Below, piece by piece: positions 1 to 12,051 of a DNA stretch of 64,000 nt. The notes beneath the pieces were generated by a model. That model was given only the letters and a program-made list of their open reading frames with translations, was not told where the DNA came from and ran no database searches. Position numbers and translations under genes: made by a program. Each line of letters opens with the position of its first letter. Within the stretch, counting starts at the first letter, position 1. This DNA comes from Tricharina praecox (taxonomy: Eukaryota), in NCBI RefSeq assembly GCF_024521635.1, contig NW_026250430.1, forward strand, positions 1 to 64,000, read 5' to 3'.

Positions 1-634
1 TGCGCTGTCACCGCGCCGTAGTGATATCGATCATCCCTTAGACGCGAGACAAGCCTGCTTCTCGGGTGCCACCTGTGTTGTGCACGTCTTCAACTATAAA
101 GCGACTCCAGCCCATCTATTCTCCCTCACACATACATGGTATAACAGCATATTTACTGCCCGGAGGTGGCCGTCCACAGCGCCATGCCCACGCGGCAAAA
201 TATATGCATGCAATATTAAATGACGTCATGCAGTCTTGGGCTGGATATTCGGCGGATGCACGCCAATGACTTGTAGATAAGTCTTTGTACTAATACATAT
301 TGATGAACTTGGAATTGAACTTCATGATTCCGGACTGACGTGTGTCATTGCAGTGGGACACAGCGCTGGGTATATCCGAGTCACTCACGCCCCAGGTGAC
401 ATCGTCGTCGTTCTACAGCCCAGCATTACTCAACTAAAGCTTTGAACTTTGCAGGACACGATGTCGTAGTCCTATTGTAGACACTTCGTGGCAATTCTCG
501 AACCCCCTCCCACTCCCCGCTACCGACTACGGTAAGCCTTCTTTCCACTAGCGTGGCACTCGTTCCTCCCTAAGCGGCAAACAAAGCCAACTTTCTCACT
601 CCATCAACCAACACTCTGTTTTTAATCTCGTGAC

Positions 635-2179
635 ATGCCTCGCGCGCCGCCTCCATCTTCCCCGCCTCCATCTCCCCCGCCTCCCTTTCCGCCGCCCTCC
701 CCTCCACCCGCAATCACGATGAGCACCCCGCCGCCCCCGCCAACCGACCTACTGGGGCACCAGGATTCCCCCGCCGCATCATCATCCACCGACCCCGACC
801 CCGACCACGGCATTACCCCCCTCTTCTCCTACCGCGACGCCGAGCGACAATACTACCGCCGGTCGCAGCCGGAGATGCGGCTATACTACGACCCACCACC
901 GTACTCGAAGCCACGGACCGCACGGGACCTCAACCTCGACTACGGCCACCGGCTCACGGCGCTGCAGATGAGCACCATCGCGTACATCCTGCACATGCGT
1001 GCGCAGTGCCGCGCAGTGCAGGGCGAGGGCCGGTACCCTGAGATCGACGATCGCCTGAAGGCCCTTGGAGTCGTGTTGAGGGAGGAAAGGAGGCAGTTGC
1101 AGCTCGCGGTGGCGCTCGTTGAGAAGTATGGGTTTGGTTTTGAGGGGGCCGAGGATGAGGATGAGGACGAGGACGAGGATGAGGGAGAGGAGGGCGAGGA
1201 AGAGGAGGGCGGGAAAATTGATGGTGGGATGGATACGGAGCGGAGCGATGTTCAGTCCGTGGAGATGAGTGCGAAGTCAGACAGTGAAGCTTCCAGCTCG
1301 GAGTGGGGTGGTATCGGGGAAGCTTCCAATGCTGACAGCGATTTTTCCATGGCGGCGGATGCGGGGTCGGACGGCGAAGCTTCTACCTCAGAGTGGAGTG
1401 GCATCCACGATACTTCCAACGCGGAGCCGGGCAGTAACGGCGAGACTTCCAATGTCGACAGCGATGTTTGCATGGTCGAGGATGCAGAGTCGGGCGGCGA
1501 ACCTTCCAGCGCGGAGGGGAGTGGCCACGGTAAAGCCTCCACCGCGGATGGGAGTGACAACGGCAAAGCCTGCTCCGCGGATGGGAGTGGCGACGGCAAA
1601 GCCTGCTCCGCGGATGGGAGTGACAACGGCAAGACTTTCTGGGTCGAACGGGATCGTGAGTCCGTGGCGGCGAATGCGGGGTCTGACGACGAAATGTCCA
1701 CCTTGGCGCGGAGCGGTATCGACGCAACCTCCAATGCCGACAGCGATTTTTCCATGGCGGCGGAAGGGGATGCAGAGTCTGACGGCGAGAGTTCCACTTC
1801 CTCCAGGAATGGGTCGATGGCGGCGAACGCCGGCTCGGTCTGCGAACACCGTGTGTCCAGCGCGAGGTCGGACCCAGACGAGGATGAATACATCTACGCG
1901 CACTGGGTAGGAATAGACAGGAGCGTACTATACAAGCACTTCCCGCACTGGCGGGACGTCGACCTCTACCCGCGCGCTGTGCGTACCGCCGCACCAGACT
2001 TCCACCAGCAAGGAGTGCCGGTCGAGCAGGTTGTCCGCATGAACTTCGGAAACATTGCGAGACGCCAGTATGGTTTCGACTACTTCTCGAGGGGTGGCGC
2101 GGGATATGTCAGGCTGTTCCGTACGATGGAGGTGGTGGACGTAATGGAGGAGGAGTATGCTTCTGAGCTGTCGCAGTGA
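635..2179 (+). CDS. Hypothetical protein (Pro-rich N-terminus, acidic Ser/Gly-rich internal repeats)
   Basis: 514-codon open frame. Non-repetitive segments near residues 60-170 and at the C-terminus flank ~31-aa (EASxSEWxGI..SNADSDFSMAA) and 11-aa (GKACSADGSxx) repeats. No family recognised. Confidence 0.7.
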   Translation: MPRAPPPSSPPPSPPPPFPPPSPPPAITMSTPPPPPTDLLGHQDSPAASSSTDPDPDHGITPLFSYRDAERQYYRRSQPEMRLYYDPPPYSKPRTARDLNLDYGHRLTALQMSTIAYILHMRAQCRAVQGEGRYPEIDDRLKALGVVLREERRQLQLAVALVEKYGFGFEGAEDEDEDEDEDEGEEGEEEEGGKIDGGMDTERSDVQSVEMSAKSDSEASSSEWGGIGEASNADSDFSMAADAGSDGEASTSEWSGIHDTSNAEPGSNGETSNVDSDVCMVEDAESGGEPSSAEGSGHGKASTADGSDNGKACSADGSGDGKACSADGSDNGKTFWVERDRESVAANAGSDDEMSTLARSGIDATSNADSDFSMAAEGDAESDGESSTSSRNGSMAANAGSVCEHRVSSARSDPDEDEYIYAHWVGIDRSVLYKHFPHWRDVDLYPRAVRTAAPDFHQQGVPVEQVVRMNFGNIARRQYGFDYFSRGGAGYVRLFRTMEVVDVMEEEYASELSQ

Positions 2180-2773
2180 TGTGGTGTACTTCGTAGTGTT
2201 GCCGTGATGATCGGGGTGATACGTTTTTTTTCTCGCGGATGATGCATAGATGGATAGGGGAGTGTACTCTGTTTTCTACTGCGATTCGCTACGTTTGCGA
2301 GAGGTTTCGTTAGGAATACCATAGCAATGATATCTTGTAGTGAAACTGTCCTCGACGCCACGTGTGACGCCGAAGATAGAACTTCAATCACATGCCTTCC
2401 GTGACTTCCATATCAGCACGTGCGCGTGCGCAGCTCACCGTTTGCGGCCACTTTCGCCGCTACATATGGCAGCTGGCGTCTGGCACCGTTGATGATCTTC
2501 GATAGAGCGTTTCATGTTTGCAAGGGGGAACTTGGAAGGCTATCTATTAACTATCCGGAATCCGAGTATCAGGGAACAGGGATCCCCGGCAGCTGACGCT
2601 TTTGTTTTGTTTAGCCAGGCGGCTGCAGATAAAGTTATGTAAATTTAAAGCCGGACTGTAAAGATCATTATATAGGCGTCTCGAAATTATATATGAATTG
2701 AACACAGACCCGCATTCGCCCACCCCCATGCAAGGTCGTCCACCATTAAAGTCCCGCCACCCGCCCAATTCAT

Positions 2774-4112
2774 CTACTGATACGTATAGCAATTCACGCC
2801 CTCCGCATATCCCTCAGGCGTAGAGCCGCGCGTATCCAACACTTGCGCCGTCTTCACCGTCAGCCTTTCACCAGCCAACGGGCCGAGGTCGAGCTTAAAG
2901 TCGAGCGTGACGTTCCCGGCGGGGGCATCGGACCACATGGTGGCAAACAAGGGCAGCCTTGGGGAGATGGGGTTTCCAACGGCGAAAAGGTTTGCCGGGG
3001 GGTTCTGCTGCTGCCATTTCCACCAGATCCGGTCGATGTTGGCGTGGAAGACGTAGAATAAAGGGTCGCTGGGTGAGATCCAGGTATCGATCATCTGGGA
3101 GGGGTTAGTGACTGGCGGGATTCCTGATGAAGGATGGAAGCATGAGGGGAAAGAGAACTTACGTCGCCTTCAATCGTCAGATGCCCCGAGTTGTGGATGC
3201 CGAAATCGCCCGTCCAGTCGAGATTCCCCTCGAGCGAGACAGCAAACTCCTCGAAGTTAGGTTTCGCGAGGACGTCTGCCACGCGGCTCGGCTTCTGCCA
3301 CAGCTGCGCGGGCTCACGGATGATATTGCGCTTGATGCACCGCTCGTGGTACGAGCTGTCGTTGTTATTTCCGAGGTGGATGACTTCATCCTTGAACACG
3401 CCGTTCTTTATGCAGCCGCCACCGGTGTAGTTGAACACCGGCATGTCCGGTAGTCGCGATTGCGTCGCGTTGGCGTCGTACGCGCCGTTACCGCCGAAGG
3501 AGAGCTCGCCGTTGAGGACGGGAGAGGCGAGGATGTCTTGGTAGTCTTTCGATTGGTCCCAATACCTGTATCAGTCAGCATGGCCCAGCAGCGGATAGAA
3601 TTCGGGGGTTATACGGAACACCTCCGAAGTACAGGCACTCCTCTCGCAGAGCGCGCTCGTACTCGTAGAGGAAGAGCCGATGCCACGGCAGAAACTGTCC
3701 GACGTAGTGAATCTTGGGCATCACACGCTGGTGTGTCCAGATGAAGTCTGCAAGCCGTGTTAGCCACCGCGGTTTCACCCCGAGGACCTCTGGGGCTCCC
3801 ATCACTGACCTTCCCACCGCGTCGTGATCCCGGTAGCATAGATGCTCAGCGTCGGCTGCTTGTGCATCATGCATTTTACCGCCAGAAGGTAGTTCGCTTT
3901 CTCGAGGTTGTTCAAAGTCCGCCTGCGCGATCGTCAGTCGTGTCGGTCTAGGATCAGGAAACACTCGCTGCGTACCATTCTTTGCGGATAATCGGATCGC
4001 GGCATTGTCCTCCGCGCTTCTCGAGAGCAGGCTCCGTTCCTGTCGTCGGGAGTGCAGATGAAACGGCAAGAAAGCCGGTGACGAGCATGGAGATGACGGT
4101 GGTGAAGTGCAT
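2774..4112 (-). CDS. Secreted tyrosinase / di-copper-centre protein (5 exons)
   Basis: Signal peptide MHFTTVISMLVTGFLAVSSA and an RKEW motif. CuA histidines lie in WTHQ, KIHY and FLPWHR; CuB histidines in HNSGH and SPSDPLFYVFHANIDRIWWKWQ. The first three splice junctions restore the frame (KEW|RTL, RWE|DF, VP|YWD). Confidence 0.93.
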
Positions 4113-7100
4113 GGTGGTGATCGGTGCCTGGATAATTTGGAGCCACAAACCAGCGGGGTCACTTGGCTATAATATACGACGAGAGCGCGGGAGCGGAATG
4201 ACGCGCAGGATCATTTCCTCGCCCCAGCACCCGGGTCAATGCGGCCCTCCCCTGAAGGTATTTTCGTCGTAACCGGTGTTCCGGACCATGTCGATATAGA
4301 TCTTGCGTGGGGATCCTGCCTATTCCAGAGATGCAATTGCAAAAGATGAAGCGTATGTTCGTTCACGTCGCGTCGTGTCGTTATCGGGAAGGAGGATTGA
4401 CTACAATCCATGGGGAAGGATGCGGTACTGTGGCGTCGTTCTATCGCATAATCAGTAACACTCTAGTATGAACCCAGTCGTGACGAAAGGAACACCCACT
4501 CTTGCGACGGCGGTCATTCGTAGACACCGATCACACTTCTCGAATTTGCCATCGGTCAGGACCATGGAACTTCAAATGACACTCTTTGGAATACGGGTGA
4601 GCATGCCAGTAACAGGTATTCCGATGCTTGGATACGCTCACCGAATAGCGAATGGTATGCGGCTGGCGTGATCCGGACGGATGCCGTTGCTGGGGGCGGC
4701 CGAAGTTGTTGCTATGTAGTCGATGCTATGTAGAGTAATACGATCACGTAGCTTTGAGCCGTGTGGAGAAGCTCGCATCCCCCGCACACAAGGGACGAGA
4801 GTTAGTGCCATCGCTACGGCAACGTGTCTAGCCTAGAAGGGAAGGATGCTTGTGATCTCTCCGCGCCAACTGCAGTCAAGGGTCGGAATGTTCTTTTTTC
4901 TCGCTTAAAAGTTAAAAGCGGATCTCACCGTCGGGACTCGGCTTTATTGCAGTCTCAGAATAATCGGCTTGATGCTCGGTGTCCGGAGGGAACTGTGCGG
5001 ATGCTGGTAACCGACAATGGGGTAACTACGGTAACCCCGCGTTTTACGCGAACACATGCCCACAGTTGTCCGGGGCTTGGATGTCAACCGTGATGAGTGT
5101 CATGTCACGCATCACAACGTAACCGAGAAGCCAAAATCGTGACTGTACATTCAATTTCGTGCCATGTGCTGAGGCTGGCCCTCCGTTCGATTTCCTACCG
5201 CACCAAGTAACTACTAGGGTAGGAGAATACAATTGTCATTCCGCGATAGGGGCGCATGAACCATGATGCGATACTGACCCGGGGAGTGTCGGAGACCTCA
5301 GTCGGCATCCCTAGAACCCCACAACTCCCGCGTCTATTTTCTAGAAAGGCGCACCAACTAAAGCATACAATCTGCCGTGCATCTCGCGCCATGCAAACCG
5401 CAAGCGAGATTGGCCACTTGAGTAGCATTCTCTCTATGTGCAAAGTTGGTCGAGTCCTGCAAGGAGCGGCGACGTGGCTTGAGGCTACAACTCGGAACTC
5501 CTCGAAGCAACAATCGTACATTCATGGGAGGAAATTGCGTCGGGCGCGGTTCTGCAGGATATGCACGACGTACCCATGTGCATGTAGGTGGGCGCTTCGG
5601 GAGCGGCCTAGAGGTCCTAGTAGGAACATCGCTCCATCGGCATGTGCCTTTTTCAACGTGGTGGCTTGTGGGGGCGTCGCGTGGTGGCGTTTGATGCGTG
5701 CAGCGCCCTCACAAAGGTGATATTTATGCGCCGTGCGCCACGTTTATGCCGAGAAGTTTCGCGTGTGGACAGGGGGTATTTAGCCGCCTGGACCCGTCCA
5801 ACGTCAATCTGTGCTAAATATCGGATTTCCCCCTTCGCTCTGGCGTCCCGGATGACGGAAGAACATTCGCATCAACCCGCGATGTTCGCAGCACGGTCTA
5901 AGTTTAACTGTTAGTTCGCGGTCACGCGCATTCAGGAGAGACAACATTTGCTAACCATCGGCCATGCCGATTTCGAGTGAGAGTGTTTTATGTGTGGAAT
6001 GCTGCGAGGGGTAGTTGCACATTAGGCTTTGCCGGTATGAGCATCGGCATTCTTTGCTCATCCATCGGCAAAGCTTTGACTTCGTTACCTCCAACTCCGC
6101 GGCTTGGGAGCGCAGATCTATTCACCAACTTAGTCTCCCGCCCTTACCGATACTCATTGCTTCGTTTCCGACCGGACCGCTCCTCGTCGATCCATTCCAG
6201 CTTTAGTTGCGGGGTCGCCGGCAACGCATATGTGGAGACCAAGGAGCCCCAATAGACAGTACCAATGCGGGGAAATTTAATCCCGCGACGATGCGGATTG
6301 CATAATGCCCCTCGGGATGTTCAGAGCACAGGGGAGCCGGTGGGGGCGGTAGATATTAGAAGTAAAAATAAATCAACAACCATTTGGTGCTTGGAGAGTA
6401 GTATGGTTTGGGGTAAGTCAGATGGAGTAGTAGTAGTGTATGGCGCGCTGGTGGTACTTCTTCCGCCAGATTCGTCAAATTCATCATTCGCCAAAACATT
6501 CACCACACACGCATCCGCGGACTCGCCTGTACTAGGCTCTAGCTAGGCGAGTAATGGTGCAGACCTTTTTCTTTTCTTGTTAACCCAGACTGTGGACAGG
6601 AAATATGGGGGTGGTCATGTCAGAGAAAGTAAACCAAATCTACGAAGCGAGACGCCGCCATTTTTCTGACAAAGAAGCCTATCAATCTTTGCGCCTGTGA
6701 GCAGCGGCTGTTGGCGTTCCTAAGCAGCTTTTGCTGCGAGTTCATCAAATAATGCACGGTGGGAAATGTTTAGATACTATTATCCATGCACTTCAACAGC
6801 ATAGCTCAATTCAACTCCCGCCGCACAGACAGCCACTCTCTGCATCTTTGGCTCGTAATGGGGACCGCGCAGTATGCTGTGTTGATAGCTGGTAGCGCAA
6901 AATCAACGGCGTCTACACTACGCAGCTAAGTAGGCACCAGCCACATAACAGAATAATGGTATTTCCGAATGGAGAGGAGGCGGGCGTCAAGGTGTAAAAT
7001 AGAGTTGTGGATAGCTTCGGTGAACACATGTGATCTGTGACGTGTCTACCTATTCCCAATGTCCCAGAAAGGAGAATATACACTGGGACGCCGCACAGAC

Positions 7101-7179
7101 CAGCACTGGGTCGATAAGCCTGCTGCACGAGCACCGCAACATGATTATAACCAGAATCAACATTCTTCCTGTACGGAAA

Positions 7180-7315
7180 AAACCCCGCGTGGTCTGGTGG
7201 TTTAGACCATGCAATCGGCGAGGGGATTTTAGTAAAGCTCTGGGTTCTAACCCGGGTGAAAGCCCTGTCTGCTCTTGGGCTTTCCAAGCCACCCACCGTG
7301 GGTGGTGAAGGTTTT
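7180..7315 (+). ncRNA. Family A structured Pol III-like RNA / tRNA-derived repeat, copy A1
   Basis: A-box-like TGGTCTGGTGG, B-box-like GGTTCTAACCC, 3' hairpin CCACCC/GGGTGG and TTTT. Aligns with four other copies. Confidence 0.6.
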
Positions 7316-8551
7316 CGGTTCGAGCCACGGTTGGGTTTTATTTTTTATATCCTAAAGACGTATAACTTGGTTACTACCTGCAAGCTATGCCTGGAGGTTT
7401 GCTTCCTTTCCTGTGAGTTACGGGCAAATATTTTTCCTCCATCAGGGATTTGATCGATGGATTAGAGTGTCAAACCCGCGCTCATAAGCTGGTGAATAAC
7501 GAAGTAGATTAACAAGATATTATGCTTCAGTACAGCAATAGTATCGTGAGTAGCGAGCCCACTCCATATAAATGTTCCAGCGCACAAGGCAGATTGTCCC
7601 ATCTTTAGACGGGCCGGTCCACCATACAACAGACCAGCCGGCTGGAGCTAGCCCGGAAGCTGAGTGCTGGCTTGCAGGCAGGAGGCAGGAGGGACAGGAG
7701 ATGTGTTGTTGTTGCTGTTGCCTTTTCTGTTGCGGTGGCCCGGTACACGGCCCGAGGAGTAATGCTCACTACTCACCGTCCTTTCGCTCTCCGTACCATG
7801 GTGAACTCAATCCGTGTGATTGTGGTTGTGTTGCCAGATGATAGAGTCGCACGATCGCATCACTCGCGGTCCGAGTGCTGCTGAGAGCGGTTATGTATCA
7901 TACATACGCCATTGCTCGTCAAGCGCAAGACAGGAGAGAACAGAACAGCTGGAAATACGGAAATAAACACTAGGTTCGTAGCCGCACCTATGGGGTCCAT
8001 GATCCAATGGAAGAATTTGGTAGGTAGTAGGTGGCAAGCTTGAAGGGATCAACGCGAGAATCCACCAGTGGCATATGATTGCTTAGTTCGGGACCTGCTC
8101 AGTGCTGGTGGACCTGTGTGGACCTATGTAGACCACATCCTTCATCCAAGCAATTCGCGAAGACCGCTTCGATCAGGATAGGTATCGGATATCCCGCAAT
8201 TTCGGCTAGGCAGGTTGACTTACCTGCCGTCGAGAGGCCTATGCCGCCAGCCAGCCTTCGAGGTGATTGGACCACAGAGAACATGAAAGAGATAGGGCAG
8301 TGAATACTATGTTGGATTTGCCGCAGATGGCGTCTCCTCCGCTACTTCTATCCGCGGATACCATTCTGGTGTTGCTATGGATAGCTCGCAGGCGTCGCTG
8401 TGGATATTGCGCTTTCCTTGTGGTGGTTCTCGCGCTGTCTTTGTCGTTCGTCCAACGCAGACAGCGTTGTGGCGGGCCGCGGAGCGTGTCCGTTGCGAGT
8501 GCACCAAGAACTTACTTTATGAGGTTCGAATTCTTGTCTCTAGCACGGAAA

Positions 8552-8689
8552 AAACCCCGTGTAGTCTAGTGGTCTAAGACATGCAATCGGTGAGGGGATT
8601 TGAGGGAAAGTCCTCGGTTCAAAACCAGGTGAATGCCTTGTCAGCTCTTTGGGTTTCTAAGCCACCCACCGGGGGTGGTGATAGTTTTT
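8552..8689 (+). ncRNA. Family A structured Pol III-like RNA / tRNA-derived repeat, copy A2
   Basis: TAGTCTAGTGG, GGTTCAAAACC, 3' hairpin and T-run. Shared upstream flank from ~8511 and downstream flank to ~8755. Confidence 0.6.
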
Positions 8690-10172
8690 GTTTTTGTTTT
8701 CGGCGTTGAGCACTAGTGAGATATCACTCTGTGTCATCACGTGGCACGCCTTTAGCTACCGGCTGTGGAGGCGAGAATACAGCCATGAGAGAGAACACCA
8801 ATTTACCGTCGCATGCAGCCTGTTCTGGATGGGAGCTTCTTTCTGTCGCGCGATTACACTACACCGGCTGGCTGATAGCGGTATCCGATGCGATGGCCGG
8901 TCGATTCCTGAGACCGCCATGTAAAGGATTTTCGGGAACCTCCTCGAAAGCCAAGAACCGAGTGATTGGAGCATGACGTCAATAGGGTCTCCGAGTGATA
9001 ACACGCAGCGAGTCACGTTGCATGTACTTAGCGAGTGAGTGAGAATGACGTCCGTACAGAGGAGGAAACTGTAAAATCCCTTTGTTGCCCACTCTCTCTG
9101 TAGCGGAAGATCAACCAGCGATGCCTCGTCGATCTACCGGAGGTTCAATCTGATGTTGCACTGCGCCCAGTCGATCTACACGGACCAGGTAATCACGCGC
9201 GATGGCCAGTGGCTCCACGGCGTCATCGATCACGACGAGATGAAAGCGGTCGACAACCAGGCTCCAGATACAGCGGTGAAATCTCTGCTGGCTGCTATGT
9301 GAGGTAGTCGGCAGCTGACCACCGACGATGGGCAAACCGTCTACCGCCGAAGTAGCGGCGGGATTCGGGGGTGCGCGGATGACCAGTGCTGGTGGAGCTC
9401 TCGATGGCAGCTGTAGCAAGACGCTGTAGTTTCGGCGTATGGACGCATGGGAAATATCGTAGTCCGCTTCCGCCTAGCCGCAATGCTAGGAATTGCAGGT
9501 TCGCTCTGCACTGGAGTCACCAACTACCGGTGGCCACCGACCGCTGTGATCCGCTCTGGATTGCCGCAGTTGCGTCCGATCGGCAGCGTCCCAGCGCTAT
9601 TCTGTCTCGCCGTCGCTACTAAGCTCGACTGTGTCGGAGTATCTGAGCGGCGAGAGCGATCAGAATTCTCGGTTTTCGCCCATACATGCGTTGGAGACGT
9701 TGTCCGTGACCGGTATGCTTGGTACCGCACTGGGGAACTCACGGTAGAGTCGATTTTGATGGGCTAATGCGTAGCTGCCGGGTATGCGATGTGGCGTCCC
9801 ATTGTGATTATGCTATCAGCTGCCTGTGCTGCCAACACGGAGCGGCGTCAGCCCGGACCAGTGTTCGCACCCCAGGAGGGCTCGGTGGTGTCTGAGTCAG
9901 CACATTTGATCCGAAGAGGCCGTGAGAGGACGAGTGGAGATCTCACTGAGTCACTTGCTGCGGGAATGCTTTACGGGTCTAGATCATCGCTTGAGTGTAT
10001 TCACTCAGTAAACTCCTGGGGATGCCATTCGCATACCATATTATCGCCCTTACAGAGTGGATTGCTGGTGATCTTGGTAGAAGATGTAAACTCCTCCGTC
10101 GATTTGAATAGGTCGGCATATCGCCAAAAGTAGGGGTGCGTCGTCGTTGAGCCGCACCACAAACACCAGCGA

Positions 10173-10306
10173 CACACTCACACTCACACTCACACTCACA
10201 CTCACACTCACACTCACACTCACACTCACACTCACACTCACACTCACACTCACACTCACACTCACACTCACACTCACACTCACACCCACACTCACACCCA
10301 CACTCA
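10173..10306. repeat. (CACACT)n hexanucleotide microsatellite
   Basis: About 22 near-perfect units visible directly, ~140 bp upstream of the ATG at 10443. Confidence 0.97.
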
Positions 10307-10442
10307 CTTCAACCCGGGACTTCGGTCGCCAACACCTACAACTACAACTACACCGCTGTTCCCGTCTGTTCCTTCAGACACTTCTTAAAGCCCAGCGATC
10401 AACCGAAAATCAACCCTCAAGCTGTCCAAGGATACCGGAGCG

Positions 10443-12051
10443 ATGACTTCCCAAGCTGCTGATACCGAAATGACCTTTGTCGAGCCCCTACCATTCATCG
10501 ACTGGCCCGACCCAGCCGTAGCTTCGCGCGCGAGAGTACTGAAATTCTTCTCTGACCTGGATACGTACAAGGGAATGATGGCGCTACACCAAAACGTGCT
10601 GCAACAATACGAGTATGCGAAAGCGGCACTCGCTGTCGACCAGGAGACGGAGCGAAACCAGAAGGTGGTTCGCGAGTGCGCCACGAGGGATGTACGCAAG
10701 TTGATACAGGTGTATGAGTCCCAGGGCGCCGCCGAGAATAAAGATGTGGGTTGGCGGTGACGGTTCTTGAACGGCGCCCGGGCGTTCGCTGATCTGAATA
10801 GGGTTCTTCTTCGCGATCTCAATCCGATACGGCGGGAGCATTCGCTCTTCTTGCCCTGGCCGAGCCCACCTATGATAGTAGTTCTGGCGAGGATGAGTGG
10901 CATCCGCGAGACCTGAAGCTGCAGCAATGGCCCGATATCCAGACTTGGAGCAGGTTGTGGGACGGCTCAGTGGATACTCTACACGACACCTTTAGGTCGT
11001 GCTTTGAAAGCCATGAGGCTCTCGAGGAAGGCTTGAAGGAGCTGAACCAAGTGCGCAAGAAGATTCAGATTGAAATTCGGGCAGAGACGAGAGTCCTCGA
11101 GGTTCTTTCAACGGTTGAGACACTTGTCAACAAATTGATTGCGGAGAAAAATCAAGAAATCTCCCCGCCTGTATTGGAGATGGATGTCCCAACAGATGTC
11201 GAGGAGGTTAACAGCAACGGTGAAGGCGAGCAGGAGGAATCCGTCGAAGATAAGCTGATGGTTTGTATTTATTGCAGACAAGGATGTAGCTTGGATGACT
11301 AACGTCGATACACAGTACCACTTGGTCATCAGAGGGTTTAATCAACAAATCTCCTCCCTCCAAGTCGCAGAGATCGGGCGCGTCTTTGGTTCTGTCAAGC
11401 AGGCCCATGCGGACATAAAATCATTAAGCGCCACCATCTCCTTTTCCAATGATTCCGCGGCTCTCCGCTGTCAGCAATTCCTTACCGGTGATCTCGAGTA
11501 CGACACCGAGGTAGTCGCAGTTACGCAAGACCACGACCTCAAGGGTGATAACGCTCCAGATCCACCCAAGATCTGGAACCAGACCAACCTGGTGATCCAG
11601 CATTTCCCGCTAAACATTGTCACAGACATTCCGAGAACTTTCGAGGAATGTGGGGAGCTGCACTCATATGAGTTTCTCCCCAGCGTCCAGGAGTCGATGC
11701 GATACGGCGGCACTGTGGGGACACTCAAGCTGGTTTGGAAGACGCACAAGTCCGCGCTGATGTGTCAGACCGTGTGGAACCCGCATTGCGTGCTGAAGTG
11801 GGACAACGACCCGATGTCGGAAGCTAGGATAGCCGCGACTGACGCGAGCGCGATGAAGGCGTGGTATGAGTTCCCGGCTCCATTCGGAATAACAGATACT
11901 GATGCCGCGCAGGACTAGACAGCTGAAGACCGAACAGCAGCACCGGGCGGCAGCGGCGGGGATCGGCCCTTCAAAGAGGCGGACGAAAGGTCTTCCACCT
12001 GGCGCATCCCTACCACAACTCAAGCGGGGAAAGCACTACCGCCAGCAGTGA
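10443..12051 (+). CDS. Hypothetical protein with helical N-terminus and two divergent RRM-like domains (4 exons)
   Basis: Exons 10443-10745, 10802-11260, 11316-11863 and 11913-12051 splice in frame at GT..AG. RRM-like patterns: HLVIRGFNQQIS..FGSVKQ..ATISFSNDSAA and NLVIQHFPLNI..FEECGELHS. The last intron is less certain; the alternative stop is at 11918. Confidence 0.7.

Noticed and set aside
1252..1994. Several long overlapping or antisense ORFs
   Set aside because: Shadows of the GC-rich repetitive 635-2179 ORF.
10050..10446. ORFs encoding (SV)n and (TL)n peptides
   Set aside because: Translation artefacts of the CACACT microsatellite.
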